A stretch of DNA of 64,000 nucleotides from Candidatus Cloacimonadales bacterium (GTDB taxonomy: Bacteria > Cloacimonadota > Cloacimonadia > Cloacimonadales > JAIOQZ01), in the NCBI GenBank assembly GCA_963665815.1, contig OY762463.1, positions 416,001 through 480,000 of the forward strand, given 5' to 3'. Below are positions 50,359 through 60,719 of the stretch, piece by piece (positions within the stretch are counted from its first letter, which is position 1; the number at the start of each line of letters is the position of its first letter). The notes beneath the pieces are model-generated. The model saw nothing but the letters and a program-made list of their open reading frames with translations, did no database searches and was not told the DNA's origin. The translations under genes were made by a program, and so were the position numbers.

Positions 50359-51633
50359 GTGATAAAGAAAATATTTCTATTATTTACTCTGACGCTGATG
50401 CTTATATCATGTTCAGGAGGAGAAAAGAAAGCAGATAATGTTCAGGAAGTTCTCTTCTGGCATGCAATGGGGGGACCTCTTGGGGAAGCTCTCATAAGTC
50501 TGGTTGATGAATTTAACGATACTCATCCGGATATACATATTAAAGCGGTTAATATGGGTAATTATGGAGCTTTATCCACAAAACTTATGGCGAGTATGCA
50601 GACTGATGAAAATCCTGATATTGCTCAGGCTTTTGAATCCTGGACAGCTAATCTTGTTGAGGGTAATAAATTGTGTGATCTTAACAGATTCATAGACTCT
50701 GATCCTGAATACAAGAAAGACTTAATGGAAGATATGTTTCCAGTTATGCTTGAAAGCAATAAGGTAGACGGTAAATTCTGGTCATTCGCATTCAACAAAA
50801 GTGTTCGCTGTTTGTACTACAACAAAGATATGCTTTTTAAATACGGATATGATCCGAATAAACCACCAAAGACCTGGGATGAATTCAGGGATTTTTGCAA
50901 GAAGTTAACAATTCGCGATAAAGACGGAAATACGGAGGTATTCGGGACGACTTTCCCTGTAAGTGCATGGCAGTTTGAAAATCTGCTGTTACAGGCTGGG
51001 GGAGAGATTATGACTCCTGACTATACAACTCCATTATTTGCCAGTGAAGAAGGAATTGAGGCACTTAATTTTCTTGAAGCACTTCTGAATGTTGATAAAA
51101 GTGCTTATCTGTCAACTGGCTATGAAGGTCAAAGTGATTTTCAGGCAGGCAAGGTTGCAATGGTTGAAGGATCGAGTGTTTCAAAATCCTATATGGATTT
51201 GTCTGAATACGATTTCTTTATGGGAATATCAGCTATTCCTTATTATAAAACAAAGAAAAACATAATATCCGGTTCAAATGTAGTCATTTTCAAGAATGAG
51301 GATGAGAAAAAAGAAAGAGCAGCCTGGGAATTTGTAAGATGGTTTACAGATTCGAAACAGACAGCAAGATGGTCACAAATGACTTACTACATGCCGGTAA
51401 GAAAAAGTGCTTTTGAGCAGCCTGCACTAAAAGAGAGACTTGAGAGTAATCCTGAGATTGCCTCTGTATACGATCAGCTTAATTATGCTACTTTTGAGCC
51501 TCCAATAAGTCAATGGTATGCAACCAGAAAATTTCTGGAAGAGCAGGTTATAGAGAAAGTGCTCAGAAAAACAATAACCCCTGAAAAGGCATTGAAGAAT
51601 GCTGAGAGGGAATTAAAAAGAAATTTGAAATAG
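50359..51633 (+). CDS. Carbohydrate/G3P ABC substrate-binding lipoprotein (UgpB-like)
   Basis: Lipobox LISC, FWHAMGG, PDIAQ, LYYNKDM, PPKTWDE, AAWEFVRW, YMPVRKSA. Confidence 0.88.
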   Translation: MIKKIFLLFTLTLMLISCSGGEKKADNVQEVLFWHAMGGPLGEALISLVDEFNDTHPDIHIKAVNMGNYGALSTKLMASMQTDENPDIAQAFESWTANLVEGNKLCDLNRFIDSDPEYKKDLMEDMFPVMLESNKVDGKFWSFAFNKSVRCLYYNKDMLFKYGYDPNKPPKTWDEFRDFCKKLTIRDKDGNTEVFGTTFPVSAWQFENLLLQAGGEIMTPDYTTPLFASEEGIEALNFLEALLNVDKSAYLSTGYEGQSDFQAGKVAMVEGSSVSKSYMDLSEYDFFMGISAIPYYKTKKNIISGSNVVIFKNEDEKKERAAWEFVRWFTDSKQTARWSQMTYYMPVRKSAFEQPALKERLESNPEIASVYDQLNYATFEPPISQWYATRKFLEEQVIEKVLRKTITPEKALKNAERELKRNLK

Positions 51634-51650
51634 AAAATAAAGAGGAAATT

Positions 51651-53558
51651 ATGAAAATTAATATTACTTTTCCTGATGGTTCTGTAAAGGAATATGATAA
51701 AGGTATATGTCCTCAGGAAATTGCAGAAAACATTAGTCATAATCTTGCTCTCAGAGCAATTGCAGCAGAAGTAAATGGAAAACTGACAGATATAGATCAG
51801 CCGATCGAAGAAGATGCTGAGTTAATCCTTCATACATTCGATACTGAAATAGGTAAAGAAGTTTACTGGCATAGTACAGCTCACCTTATGGCTCAAGCGG
51901 TTAAACAATTGTATCCCGATGTAAAAGTAACTATCGGACCTGCTATTGAATATGGTTTTTACTATGACTTTGACAGAGAAAAATCATTCTCAGATGAAGA
52001 ATTGAAAGAAATCGAAAAAAGAATGAAAGAGCTGGCAAAAAAGAAACTCAAATATGAGCGTCAGGAAATGCCAAGAAACGAAGCATACAAGAAGTTCGAA
52101 GAAATGGGCGAGACCTATAAACTTGAGATTCTTGATGAAATCCCGGAAAATGAAACTATTTCCCTTTATACTCAGGGAGATTTTGTTGATCTGTGCCGTG
52201 GTCCACACATTATCCATACAGGTAAAATTAAGGCTGTAAAACTTCTTAAAACTTCCGGAGCATACTGGCGTGGTGATGAAAACAAGAAGATGCTTAAAAG
52301 AATATATGGTATATCATTCCCTACAAAAAAGGAAATGAAAGAATATATTGATTTCATTGAAGAAGCTAAGAAAAGAGATCATAGAAAACTCGGTAAAGAA
52401 CTAGATCTTTTCTCATTCTCAGATGAAGTTGGTCCGGGACTCATGTTATGGCATCCTAATGGTGCAATGACAAGATCAATCATTGAGCAATACTGGAAGA
52501 AAAGGCATTTTGAAGATGATTATAAAATTGTATATACTCCGCATATAGGTAAATCTGTTCTTTGGGAAACCAGTGGACATCTGGATTTCTATAAAGAAGG
52601 TATGTATAATGCAATGGATGTTGATGGTCAGGATTATTACATCAAACCAATGAACTGTCCATTCCATATTGAAATATATAAGTCATCCAAGAGATCTTAT
52701 AGAGAACTGCCTCTTAAGTACGCAGAGCTTGGTACAGTATACAGATATGAACCTTCAGGAACACTTAATGGGCTTAAGAGAGTTCGAGGTTTTACTCAGG
52801 ATGATGCTCACTTGATTTGTACTCCTGATCAGCTTAAAAAAGAAGTTGAAAAGCTTATTCAGTTTTCAATGAGTATGCTCAGGGATTTTGGATTTGAAGA
52901 TTTTACAGTTAAACTTGCTACAAGACCTGAAAAAGCTGTTGGTGAAGAAGAAAGATGGAATCAGGCTATTGATTCTCTTAGATCTGCTCTTGTCAGCCAG
53001 AATATTGACTATGTTATGGATGATGGTGGCGGTGCTTTCTACGGTCCTAAGATAGACATCCATATTAAGGATTCACTTAACAGATCATGGCAGCTGTCAA
53101 CAATCCAGTTTGACTTCAATCTTCCTGAAAGATTTGATATGGAATATGTTGGTGCAGATAATAATCCTCATAGACCTTACATGCTTCACAGAGCTCTGTT
53201 AGGTTCAATCGAGAGATTCTTCGGAATCCTTATAGAACATTATGCAGGTAATTTCCCAAGCTGGCTGGCTCCTGTTCAGGTAATGGTAATTCCGGTATCA
53301 GAAAACTTTGAGCATTATGCTGAAAGAGAATATAAAAGACTTCGTAAATTTGGATTCAGAGCTGAAATCGATTTAAGAAACGAAAAAATCGGTTACAGAA
53401 TCAGGGATGCTGAAATGAAGAAAATTCCTTTCATGATGATTATTGGACAGAGAGAAGAAGATACTAATACTGTATCTCTCAGAGAGCATACAAAAGGTGA
53501 TATTGGTTCATTCTCTCTTGATGAAGCAATGAAGATAATTAAGAAAGATAACAAATAG
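51651..53558 (+). CDS. thrS: Threonine--tRNA ligase
   Basis: TGS domain, WHSTAHLMAQA, DLCRGPH, RDHRKLG, KPMNCP, RVRGFTQDDAH, GAFYGPKID. Confidence 0.98.
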   Translation: MKINITFPDGSVKEYDKGICPQEIAENISHNLALRAIAAEVNGKLTDIDQPIEEDAELILHTFDTEIGKEVYWHSTAHLMAQAVKQLYPDVKVTIGPAIEYGFYYDFDREKSFSDEELKEIEKRMKELAKKKLKYERQEMPRNEAYKKFEEMGETYKLEILDEIPENETISLYTQGDFVDLCRGPHIIHTGKIKAVKLLKTSGAYWRGDENKKMLKRIYGISFPTKKEMKEYIDFIEEAKKRDHRKLGKELDLFSFSDEVGPGLMLWHPNGAMTRSIIEQYWKKRHFEDDYKIVYTPHIGKSVLWETSGHLDFYKEGMYNAMDVDGQDYYIKPMNCPFHIEIYKSSKRSYRELPLKYAELGTVYRYEPSGTLNGLKRVRGFTQDDAHLICTPDQLKKEVEKLIQFSMSMLRDFGFEDFTVKLATRPEKAVGEEERWNQAIDSLRSALVSQNIDYVMDDGGGAFYGPKIDIHIKDSLNRSWQLSTIQFDFNLPERFDMEYVGADNNPHRPYMLHRALLGSIERFFGILIEHYAGNFPSWLAPVQVMVIPVSENFEHYAEREYKRLRKFGFRAEIDLRNEKIGYRIRDAEMKKIPFMMIIGQREEDTNTVSLREHTKGDIGSFSLDEAMKIIKKDNK

Positions 53559-53570
53559 TAAATATATATT

Positions 53571-53608
53571 ACACAGACTGCTGTCATAAGTGGTCTGTGT
53601 TTTCTTTT
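53571..53608 (+). terminator. Hairpin/terminator after thrS
   Basis: acacagactgct-gtcata-agtggtctgtgt followed by tttctttt. Confidence 0.65.
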
Positions 53609-53620
53609 CAGGGATGAACA

Positions 53621-54586
53621 ATGGATGTTTTAGAAATAGCAAAATATGAATTAGAGTTGGTTAAGAAAGCTGTAGATTTTTCACTTTCCAATATTGGAGG
53701 AGAATTCGAAGAAGCAGTAAATTTGCTGAATGAATGTAAGGGGAAAGTTGTTGTAACCGGTCTGGGTAAAACCGGTATAATTGGTAGAAAACTTGCAGCA
53801 ACTCTCACAAGTACCGGTACAACTGCAATTTTTCTTCATGCTGCAGAAGGTGTTCATGGAGATCTTGGAATGCTTAGTAAAGATGATGTTGTTATCGCAA
53901 TTTCAAGTAGTGGTAATTCAGGTGAACTTGTGTCGATTCTGCCATTCTTTAAATTTTTGAAAGTCCCTGTAATTGCAATGACTGCTAACATGAATTCTAA
54001 ACTGGCAATGAATTCTGATATTGTTATTGATTGCTCTGTTCCTCAAAACTCAGAACCTTTCGGACTTGTCCCTACAATAACAACAACGATTACTCTGATT
54101 CTTGCGGATGCTGTTGCGGTTGCTTTGCTTAAGAAAAAGGATTTTCAGATTCAGGATTTTGCCAGAGTGCATCCGGGTGGAACAATCGGAAGAAAACTTT
54201 TACTTCGTGTAGAAGATTTAATGCATTCCGGTGAAAGCAATCCTATGTCTTCTGTTCATGATTCAATGAAGAAAGTTATCATGACTATGACAACTAAGGG
54301 GCTTGGATGTTCAAATATAATCGGTGATGATGGAAAGCTAAAAGGTATAATCACAGATGGTGACTTGAGACGTCTGTTATCTTCAGAAGATTTTAATCTT
54401 GATAAAACAGCAGAAGAATGCATGGTTCGAAATCCGAGAACTGTCACAAGAAAAACACTTGCTGTCAAAGCATTGACCTTGATGGAAGATATGAAAATAA
54501 CAATGCTTCCGGTTGTTGATGAAGAAAACAGTCCTGAAGGTATGCTGCATATGCATGATCTCATTCAGGCAGGTGTTGTAGGATAA
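53621..54586 (+). CDS. kdsD: Arabinose-5-phosphate isomerase (KpsF/GutQ, SIS+CBS)
   Basis: GKVVVTG.GK.G.I..K.AAT..STGT, HGDLG, HPGG..G, GIITDGDLRR. Confidence 0.92.
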   Translation: MDVLEIAKYELELVKKAVDFSLSNIGGEFEEAVNLLNECKGKVVVTGLGKTGIIGRKLAATLTSTGTTAIFLHAAEGVHGDLGMLSKDDVVIAISSSGNSGELVSILPFFKFLKVPVIAMTANMNSKLAMNSDIVIDCSVPQNSEPFGLVPTITTTITLILADAVAVALLKKKDFQIQDFARVHPGGTIGRKLLLRVEDLMHSGESNPMSSVHDSMKKVIMTMTTKGLGCSNIIGDDGKLKGIITDGDLRRLLSSEDFNLDKTAEECMVRNPRTVTRKTLAVKALTLMEDMKITMLPVVDEENSPEGMLHMHDLIQAGVVG

Positions 54587-54985
54587 TTAAAGATTGTTAA
54601 CGCATTCTATTAGTTTCTCCTTACTGAAAGGTTTAATAAGTGTTTTATTTGCTCCCAACAAATGTGCAGATTTGAGAAAGTCCCTGTGAAAGCGTCCGAT
54701 AACGCCGGTCATTGCAATAATCTTAGCTTTGGGATATTCTTTTTTCAGGTTCACAATTGTTTCTATTCCATCCATTTCAGGCATAAATAGATCAGTTATA
54801 ATAATGTCAAATGAGTTGGTTGCATGTAATTCGATTCCTTCATAACCATTTACAGCAGTCATAACCTCAAAAGACTCTTGCTCGAGCATGTGTTTTAAAA
54901 CTGTCCGCACAGTTCTTTCGTCGTCTATCACCAGTATTTTTTTCATTATACTCTCCAATATTAATCCTATATTAAATATAATCAA
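54587..54985 (-). CDS. Single-domain response regulator (likely start ATG 54947)
   Basis: ILVIDDE, ITDLFMPEMDG, IIAMTG, KPF. Confidence 0.88.
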   Translation of the reverse strand: MIIFNIGLILESIMKKILVIDDERTVRTVLKHMLEQESFEVMTAVNGYEGIELHATNSFDIIITDLFMPEMDGIETIVNLKKEYPKAKIIAMTGVIGRFHRDFLKSAHLLGANKTLIKPFSKEKLIECVNNL

Positions 54986-55073
54986 TATGACTGCATAAAC
55001 AAGATATATTAAGGATATTTATGATTTATATGTTGACTTAAATACATTGATAATACATATTCTATTATACTGA

Positions 55074-56432
55074 ATGCAAAATCATAATTCATTGGAAAGG
55101 ATAATCATGAATACACATTTCTTTAATGCTGTGACAATTATACCAGACAGCAATAATCATACGTTATCAGTTTCAAAAGAAGATATATATGTTAATGATG
55201 GCATAATTGGTGATAAACTTGAGAACAGCGATTATACAGATATTGACTTACATCATGCTCTGATTCTTCCGGGAATGGTTAATTCTCACCATCATATATA
55301 CTCTTATTTTGCAAAAGCACTCTCGTTTTCGGGCAAATTCAACACATTTGAAAATATACTTCAGAATATCTGGTGGAAACTTGATAGAGTTTTAACAGAG
55401 GAAACTGTAAAGATTTCATCAGAACTGACTGCTCAAGAATGTATTGCTCATGGAGTGACTACAGTTTTCGATCATCACTCCTCCCCTTATTACATAAGAG
55501 GGTCGCTTGATATCATCGGAAATACTTTATCGGAATATTCTCTGAATGGTGTGCTCTGCCATGAAATATCTGATAGAAATGGCATTAATGTAATGGAGGA
55601 AACACTCGAAGAAAACATTGACTTTGCCCATAGTGACAGGTTTGATAACATTCAGGGAATTATTGGTTTACATGCTTTGTTCACATTGTCTGATAAAAGC
55701 TTGAAGAGAATCGCCGGAAATTCCGGATATATTCCGATTCATCTGCATATTGCTGAAGGCAAAGTAGATGGCAGGCAAAGCAGAATGAAACATGGGAAAA
55801 GACTGGCTGAAAGATTAAATGAATTTAACTTGATTAGAGAAAATTCAATTTTTGTACATGGTAATTATCTCACCCCAGAAGATATAGAAATTCTGAGTGC
55901 AGGCAGGAATGTTTTTTTTTCGCAATGTGTTGATTCAAATATGAATAACAATCAGGATATACTCAATTTGTTGTTTGCTGATGCAGGAAACCTGATTTAC
56001 ACTGCCGGTACAGACGGAATGACATCGGATATTCTGAAAAGTATTAAGAGTTCTATTTTGCTGAATAAATACAATTTTTCTACATCTCCTGTCTTGAGTG
56101 AAGTCTCCCCGGATAGTTATCCAACTAAAATTTTCAGCAATCTGTTCCTGAATCAATACAGGCTTAAAAATGCTTATGGGTATGATCTTGGACTTAATAA
56201 AGGCGATATGGCCGATTTTGCTGTTGTTGAATATCCTTTTGCTGAGTTGATAAATGAAAGCAATTTCTTCAATCATTTCTTGTATGGAATAACAGAGTCC
56301 AGGGTTAAGCACGTTTTTAAGAATAATAATTTCTTAATGAAAGATTTTGTCGTACAAAATAAAAAAGATACTGAAATTAAACGAATGCAGAATATTATTG
56401 CTGACGTGACAGACAGGCTCGGAAAAATATGA
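55074..56432 (+). CDS. SsnA-like amidohydrolase
   Basis: LPGMVNSHHHIYS, WWKLD, GVTTVFDHHSSP, GLHA.FT, HIAEG, VHGN, GTDG. Confidence 0.85.
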   Translation: MQNHNSLERIIMNTHFFNAVTIIPDSNNHTLSVSKEDIYVNDGIIGDKLENSDYTDIDLHHALILPGMVNSHHHIYSYFAKALSFSGKFNTFENILQNIWWKLDRVLTEETVKISSELTAQECIAHGVTTVFDHHSSPYYIRGSLDIIGNTLSEYSLNGVLCHEISDRNGINVMEETLEENIDFAHSDRFDNIQGIIGLHALFTLSDKSLKRIAGNSGYIPIHLHIAEGKVDGRQSRMKHGKRLAERLNEFNLIRENSIFVHGNYLTPEDIEILSAGRNVFFSQCVDSNMNNNQDILNLLFADAGNLIYTAGTDGMTSDILKSIKSSILLNKYNFSTSPVLSEVSPDSYPTKIFSNLFLNQYRLKNAYGYDLGLNKGDMADFAVVEYPFAELINESNFFNHFLYGITESRVKHVFKNNNFLMKDFVVQNKKDTEIKRMQNIIADVTDRLGKI

Positions 56433-57052
56433 AAATTAAGTGTATTCTAATTTCAGTTTTGATACTATTTCTTCTTCAGATAATCATAGTATCTGTAAGT
56501 ATTCCTTTTTTAGGTAAATTTCTTGCTAAAAATGATCCTGTAAATGGGCAGGTGCTGATTGTGGAGGGATGGATCCCTACTTATATGTACATGGAAGTAA
56601 AGAAAATAATTGATAATGCTGATTATGGGAAAGTTATATGTGTTGGAGCCGAATTTCCTGAAGTTAAGACATATAGACACAGTGAATCAGCGTCAGAGTA
56701 TTCGGCTTATTATCTCAGATATCTGGGAGTTCCGGATTCATTGTTGGAAGTTGTTACAACGCCATATTATGCGAAGGAAAGAACATATAACTCAGCTAAT
56801 GCAGCAATCAGGTTACTAAATACTGAACATGGAAATGTCAGGTCTTTTGATGTTGTAACAAGTGGAGTGCACTCCAGAAGATCATGGATTCTTTTCAACA
56901 AAGCAGCTAAAAAAAAATTCGATATTGGAGTAATATCACTTACACCAGAAGACTATCTTATCGAAAAATGGTGGACTAACAGTGTGGGATTCAGGACAGT
57001 AATTAATGAATATTTGGCATATATATATGTTAAAGTAATATTTAGACCATAG
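56429..57052 (+). CDS. DUF218/YdcF (ElyC/SanA-like) protein
   Basis: N-terminal TM, L.VEGW, RTY.SA, VVTSGVHSRRS, WW, EY. Confidence 0.8.
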   Translation: MKIKCILISVLILFLLQIIIVSVSIPFLGKFLAKNDPVNGQVLIVEGWIPTYMYMEVKKIIDNADYGKVICVGAEFPEVKTYRHSESASEYSAYYLRYLGVPDSLLEVVTTPYYAKERTYNSANAAIRLLNTEHGNVRSFDVVTSGVHSRRSWILFNKAAKKKFDIGVISLTPEDYLIEKWWTNSVGFRTVINEYLAYIYVKVIFRP

Positions 57053-57060
57053 AGGTAAAT

Positions 57061-60000
57061 ATGATTGGAAAAAAAATTAAAAGAGTTGATGGAAAATCAA
57101 AAGTAAATGGTAGTGCTTTGTATGGTCAGGACGAAAGCAATGTGAATATGCTTTATGCGGCATGTAAGTATCCTGACATTGCCTGTGGTAATATTCTCGC
57201 TATTGATTTTACTGGAATAGAAGAGGTTGATGAAGATATTCATCTTATTACTATACTGGATGTTCCGGGTAAGAAGAGAATAGGACCAATCAGAAAAGAC
57301 CAGTATCCAATTGTCGATAAAAGCATCTTTTATGAGGGAGATGTAATTGCTGTTGTTGCTGCTGATACTCCCGAAATGGCAAGAGAGGCAGTTGATAAAA
57401 TAAAAGTAGAGTATATTGAGAAAGAAGGTGTGTTTAATGTTAAGGATGCATTTGACAGAAGGCAGATTGTCCATGAAGAATACCCGGACAACATTGTAGT
57501 ACACTATCCTTTACGCAAAGGTAATGTAAAAGATGCTTTTGAAGTTTCTGATTTTGTTATTGAAAGAGAATTTGACACAGGTTTTCATGAACACGCATAT
57601 ATTGAGCCTGAAAGTGTAACTGTCATACCTGATTTTCATACAAACGGATTTGTTGTTAAAGGTTCAATTCAGAATCCATTTACTACGAGAAAGGCTGTAG
57701 CTGAATATCTTGGTATAAACATGAATAAAGTAAATGTTATACCCTCGGTAATGGGTGGTTCTTTTGGTGGTAAAGACGATACGGTAAACATGATGGCGTG
57801 CAGAGCTGCTCTGATGAGTCTTAAGACAGGTCGACCTGTTCAGTTGACACTTAACAGAGAAGAATCGTTAAAAGAAAGTTACAAGAGACATCCTTACAAC
57901 ATGGTTTACAAAGCCGGATTTAATCAGGATGGGAAAATTAATGCCTTAAAAATCTTGATCCTCGCAGATAGTGGAGCTTATTCATCACAGACATTCTTTG
58001 TAACCTGGAGATCTGTAGTTCAGGCAACAGGACCTTATTCAATACCAAATGTTGAAACTGATGTTTACGGAGTATACACAAATAATGTTTATACCGGTGC
58101 TTATAGAGGTTTTGGTACTCCACAGGTCATATTTGCACAGGAATCTCTTATGAATGAAATTGCAGAGATATGCAATATTTCTCCGGTTGAAATCAGATGG
58201 ATAAATGGTTTCAAACAAAACAGCATAACTGCTTCCGGACAGAAACTCGAAGACCATAGAGTGTCATTGATTCAAGTTATGAATAAGGCATTAAAGGAAT
58301 CTGACTATGAGAGTCAGGTTGAGATTCTCAAACAGCAGAATACGGATAGATATAAGCATGGAATTGGCTTTGCCGTAAGTTACAGAGGTTGTTCTCTCGG
58401 GGCAGAAGGTGTTGATGCAACATCTGCAATGGTTTCGATTCAGGCAGATGGTTCGGTTATTTTGACAACTGCACTGCATGAAAATGGCCAGGGATTGAGA
58501 ACAACTTTTTCTATGATCGTTGCAGAACAGTTCGGAATTGATATAAAGGATATTGTATTCATTAATCCGTCAACTTCACACATTGGTGATGGTGGACCAA
58601 CAGTTGCATCAAGATCTACACTTCTGGGTGGTCAGGCAATAATTAATGCCTGTACAAAGCTTAAAAAAAGGTTGGTAGGTGTGATTGACTGTAATTCTGA
58701 GCAGGTAGACAGTGAATATGAGTGGAAGAATGGAAGTATAGTATGCAAGAACAATAACAAGAAACAATTCAGTTTTTTAGATACTGTTCAATCTGCAATT
58801 GGAAAAGGAATCAGTCTTTCTGAATATGGCTGGTATAAAGGTCCCGATGCCACTTGGAACGAAGAAACCGGACAGGGGAATGCTTATTTTACATATGTTT
58901 ATGGTTGCCATGTAGCAAAGATAACTGTGGATGTTTTAACGGGAAAGATCGATGTTAACAAGATAACTGCTGTTCATGATGTCGGAAAGGTAATAAATCT
59001 TCTGGGAGCAGAAGGACAGGTTTACGGTGGAGTGCTACAGGGAATGGGCTATGGTGTTCTTGAAGAATATCAACAGACAAAGGGAAGAACCAGGACTGCA
59101 AACTTTGATGAATATCTTATTCCTACAATAAAGGATATGCCGGAAATTGATGCTTTCTTTGTGGAAAATCCGGATCCATTTGGTCCTTATGGGGCTAAAT
59201 CTCTTGGAGAACCGACCCTTGAACTTACGGCTGCAGCAATTAACAATGCGTTTGCAAACGCCACTCACAAGCATAATTACAGATTACCATTATCTTTAGA
59301 ACAGGTACTTCTTGGATATAATCCTGTGAAGCCGGCGAGAAGCAGCGAAACACAATCATGTAAGACAAGCAGTATAAAGATTGATAGCTGTATGAATGTT
59401 ATAGTACCTCAGAATTTGGAAGAAGCACTTAAAATGAAAAAAGAAAGTGGTTTTGATCTTTATGCAGGTGGTACTGACAAAGTAATTGAAATCTCTAAAG
59501 GTAAAAAAACAGAAGGACTCATTTACATAGCTAACCTTGATAAACTAAAAGGTGTTACTAAGAATGATAATCTGATAAGAATTGCAGCCTGTAGTACATT
59601 TACAGAAATTCTATCCAATTTATACGTAAGGGAATATCTGCCTCTGTTAACAAAAGCATGTGCTCTTATAGGATCTACACAGGTTAGGAACACTGCGACA
59701 ATAGGTGGAAATATCTGCAATGCAGCTTCCTGTGCCGACTCTGTGCCTCCTTTACTGGCATACGAGGCGGAGCTTGAACTGCAATCTACAGAAGGTACAC
59801 GAGTTGTTAAACTATCTGATTTCATTACAGGTAGTTATAAAACAATTATCAATGATAATGAAATACTCACAGCTGTACTTGTACCGTCAGACAAAGGTAA
59901 GCTTGTGAGTTACTATGAACAGCTTGGAAGAAGAAATGCAGTAAATATTACAAGAATGAGTTTATCAATCCTGACCGATATAAAAGAAGGAAAGATTAAT

Positions 60001-60234
60001 GATATCGCTATTAGTGCAGGCTCTCTGATTTACAAACCTGCAAGATTAAGCTTTCTTGAGGAATTCCTTGAGGGGAAAGCTTTTTCAGAAGATCTGATCA
60101 ATGATTCTGTAGAAATACTGAATGAAGAGCTTAATAAACAGATTGGAAAGAGATGGTCGGCAAAGTATAAAATACCTGTGTTCAAGTCCATGTTCAGACA
60201 TGCATTAAAAAAGTTATGGAGAGAAGAAAAATGA
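57061..60234 (+). CDS. Xanthine-dehydrogenase-family molybdopterin subunit fused to FAD-binding subunit
   Basis: RVDG..KV.G, HAYIEPE, GGSFGGK, AYRGFG.PQ, GQG, GPTVASR, GQVYGG..QG.G, GAKSLGEP; then AGGTD, IGSTQVRNTATIGGNICNAAS.ADS. Confidence 0.9.
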   Translation: MIGKKIKRVDGKSKVNGSALYGQDESNVNMLYAACKYPDIACGNILAIDFTGIEEVDEDIHLITILDVPGKKRIGPIRKDQYPIVDKSIFYEGDVIAVVAADTPEMAREAVDKIKVEYIEKEGVFNVKDAFDRRQIVHEEYPDNIVVHYPLRKGNVKDAFEVSDFVIEREFDTGFHEHAYIEPESVTVIPDFHTNGFVVKGSIQNPFTTRKAVAEYLGINMNKVNVIPSVMGGSFGGKDDTVNMMACRAALMSLKTGRPVQLTLNREESLKESYKRHPYNMVYKAGFNQDGKINALKILILADSGAYSSQTFFVTWRSVVQATGPYSIPNVETDVYGVYTNNVYTGAYRGFGTPQVIFAQESLMNEIAEICNISPVEIRWINGFKQNSITASGQKLEDHRVSLIQVMNKALKESDYESQVEILKQQNTDRYKHGIGFAVSYRGCSLGAEGVDATSAMVSIQADGSVILTTALHENGQGLRTTFSMIVAEQFGIDIKDIVFINPSTSHIGDGGPTVASRSTLLGGQAIINACTKLKKRLVGVIDCNSEQVDSEYEWKNGSIVCKNNNKKQFSFLDTVQSAIGKGISLSEYGWYKGPDATWNEETGQGNAYFTYVYGCHVAKITVDVLTGKIDVNKITAVHDVGKVINLLGAEGQVYGGVLQGMGYGVLEEYQQTKGRTRTANFDEYLIPTIKDMPEIDAFFVENPDPFGPYGAKSLGEPTLELTAAAINNAFANATHKHNYRLPLSLEQVLLGYNPVKPARSSETQSCKTSSIKIDSCMNVIVPQNLEEALKMKKESGFDLYAGGTDKVIEISKGKKTEGLIYIANLDKLKGVTKNDNLIRIAACSTFTEILSNLYVREYLPLLTKACALIGSTQVRNTATIGGNICNAASCADSVPPLLAYEAELELQSTEGTRVVKLSDFITGSYKTIINDNEILTAVLVPSDKGKLVSYYEQLGRRNAVNITRMSLSILTDIKEGKINDIAISAGSLIYKPARLSFLEEFLEGKAFSEDLINDSVEILNEELNKQIGKRWSAKYKIPVFKSMFRHALKKLWREEK

Positions 60235-60719
60235 CTCTGAAAATAAATATAAATGGAAAAGATGTAACACTGGATGTTAATCCTAATGAAAGGATGTTGG
60301 ATATTCTGAGAAACAGACTGCATCTGACTGGGACAAAGGAAGGTTGTTCAATAGGTGAATGTGGTGCCTGCACGGTAATACTTAATGGGAAAGCTGTAAA
60401 TTCATGTATGATACTTGCTTTTCAGATCCAGAACGGGATTATTGAGACTATTGAGAATGTTAACGAAAATGTTGTCTTGAATATTCTGAAAGATAAGTTT
60501 CTGGAGAACGGAGCTGTTCAATGTGGATTCTGCACGCCGGGTATGATAATGAGTGCAAAAGCATTACTGGATAAAAACTCAAAACCATCAATTGAGGATA
60601 TTAAGACTGCATTAGAGGGAAATTTATGTAGGTGCACAGGCTATAAACCAATATTGGATGCTGTAAAAGACACTGTGAGGGTGCTGAATAATGAAACTGA
60701 TAAAAAACGCTTTGATTGA
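60216..60719 (+). CDS. (2Fe-2S)-binding subunit, CoxS/XdhC-like (likely start 60231)
   Basis: GTKEGCSIGECGACTV...SC, QCGFCTPG, GNLCRCTGY. Confidence 0.93.
   Translation: MERRKMTLKININGKDVTLDVNPNERMLDILRNRLHLTGTKEGCSIGECGACTVILNGKAVNSCMILAFQIQNGIIETIENVNENVVLNILKDKFLENGAVQCGFCTPGMIMSAKALLDKNSKPSIEDIKTALEGNLCRCTGYKPILDAVKDTVRVLNNETDKKRFD

Noticed and set aside
57061-60234. Selenocysteine recoding in the Mo hydroxylase cluster
   Set aside because: ORFs are continuous with no in-frame TGA needing readthrough.
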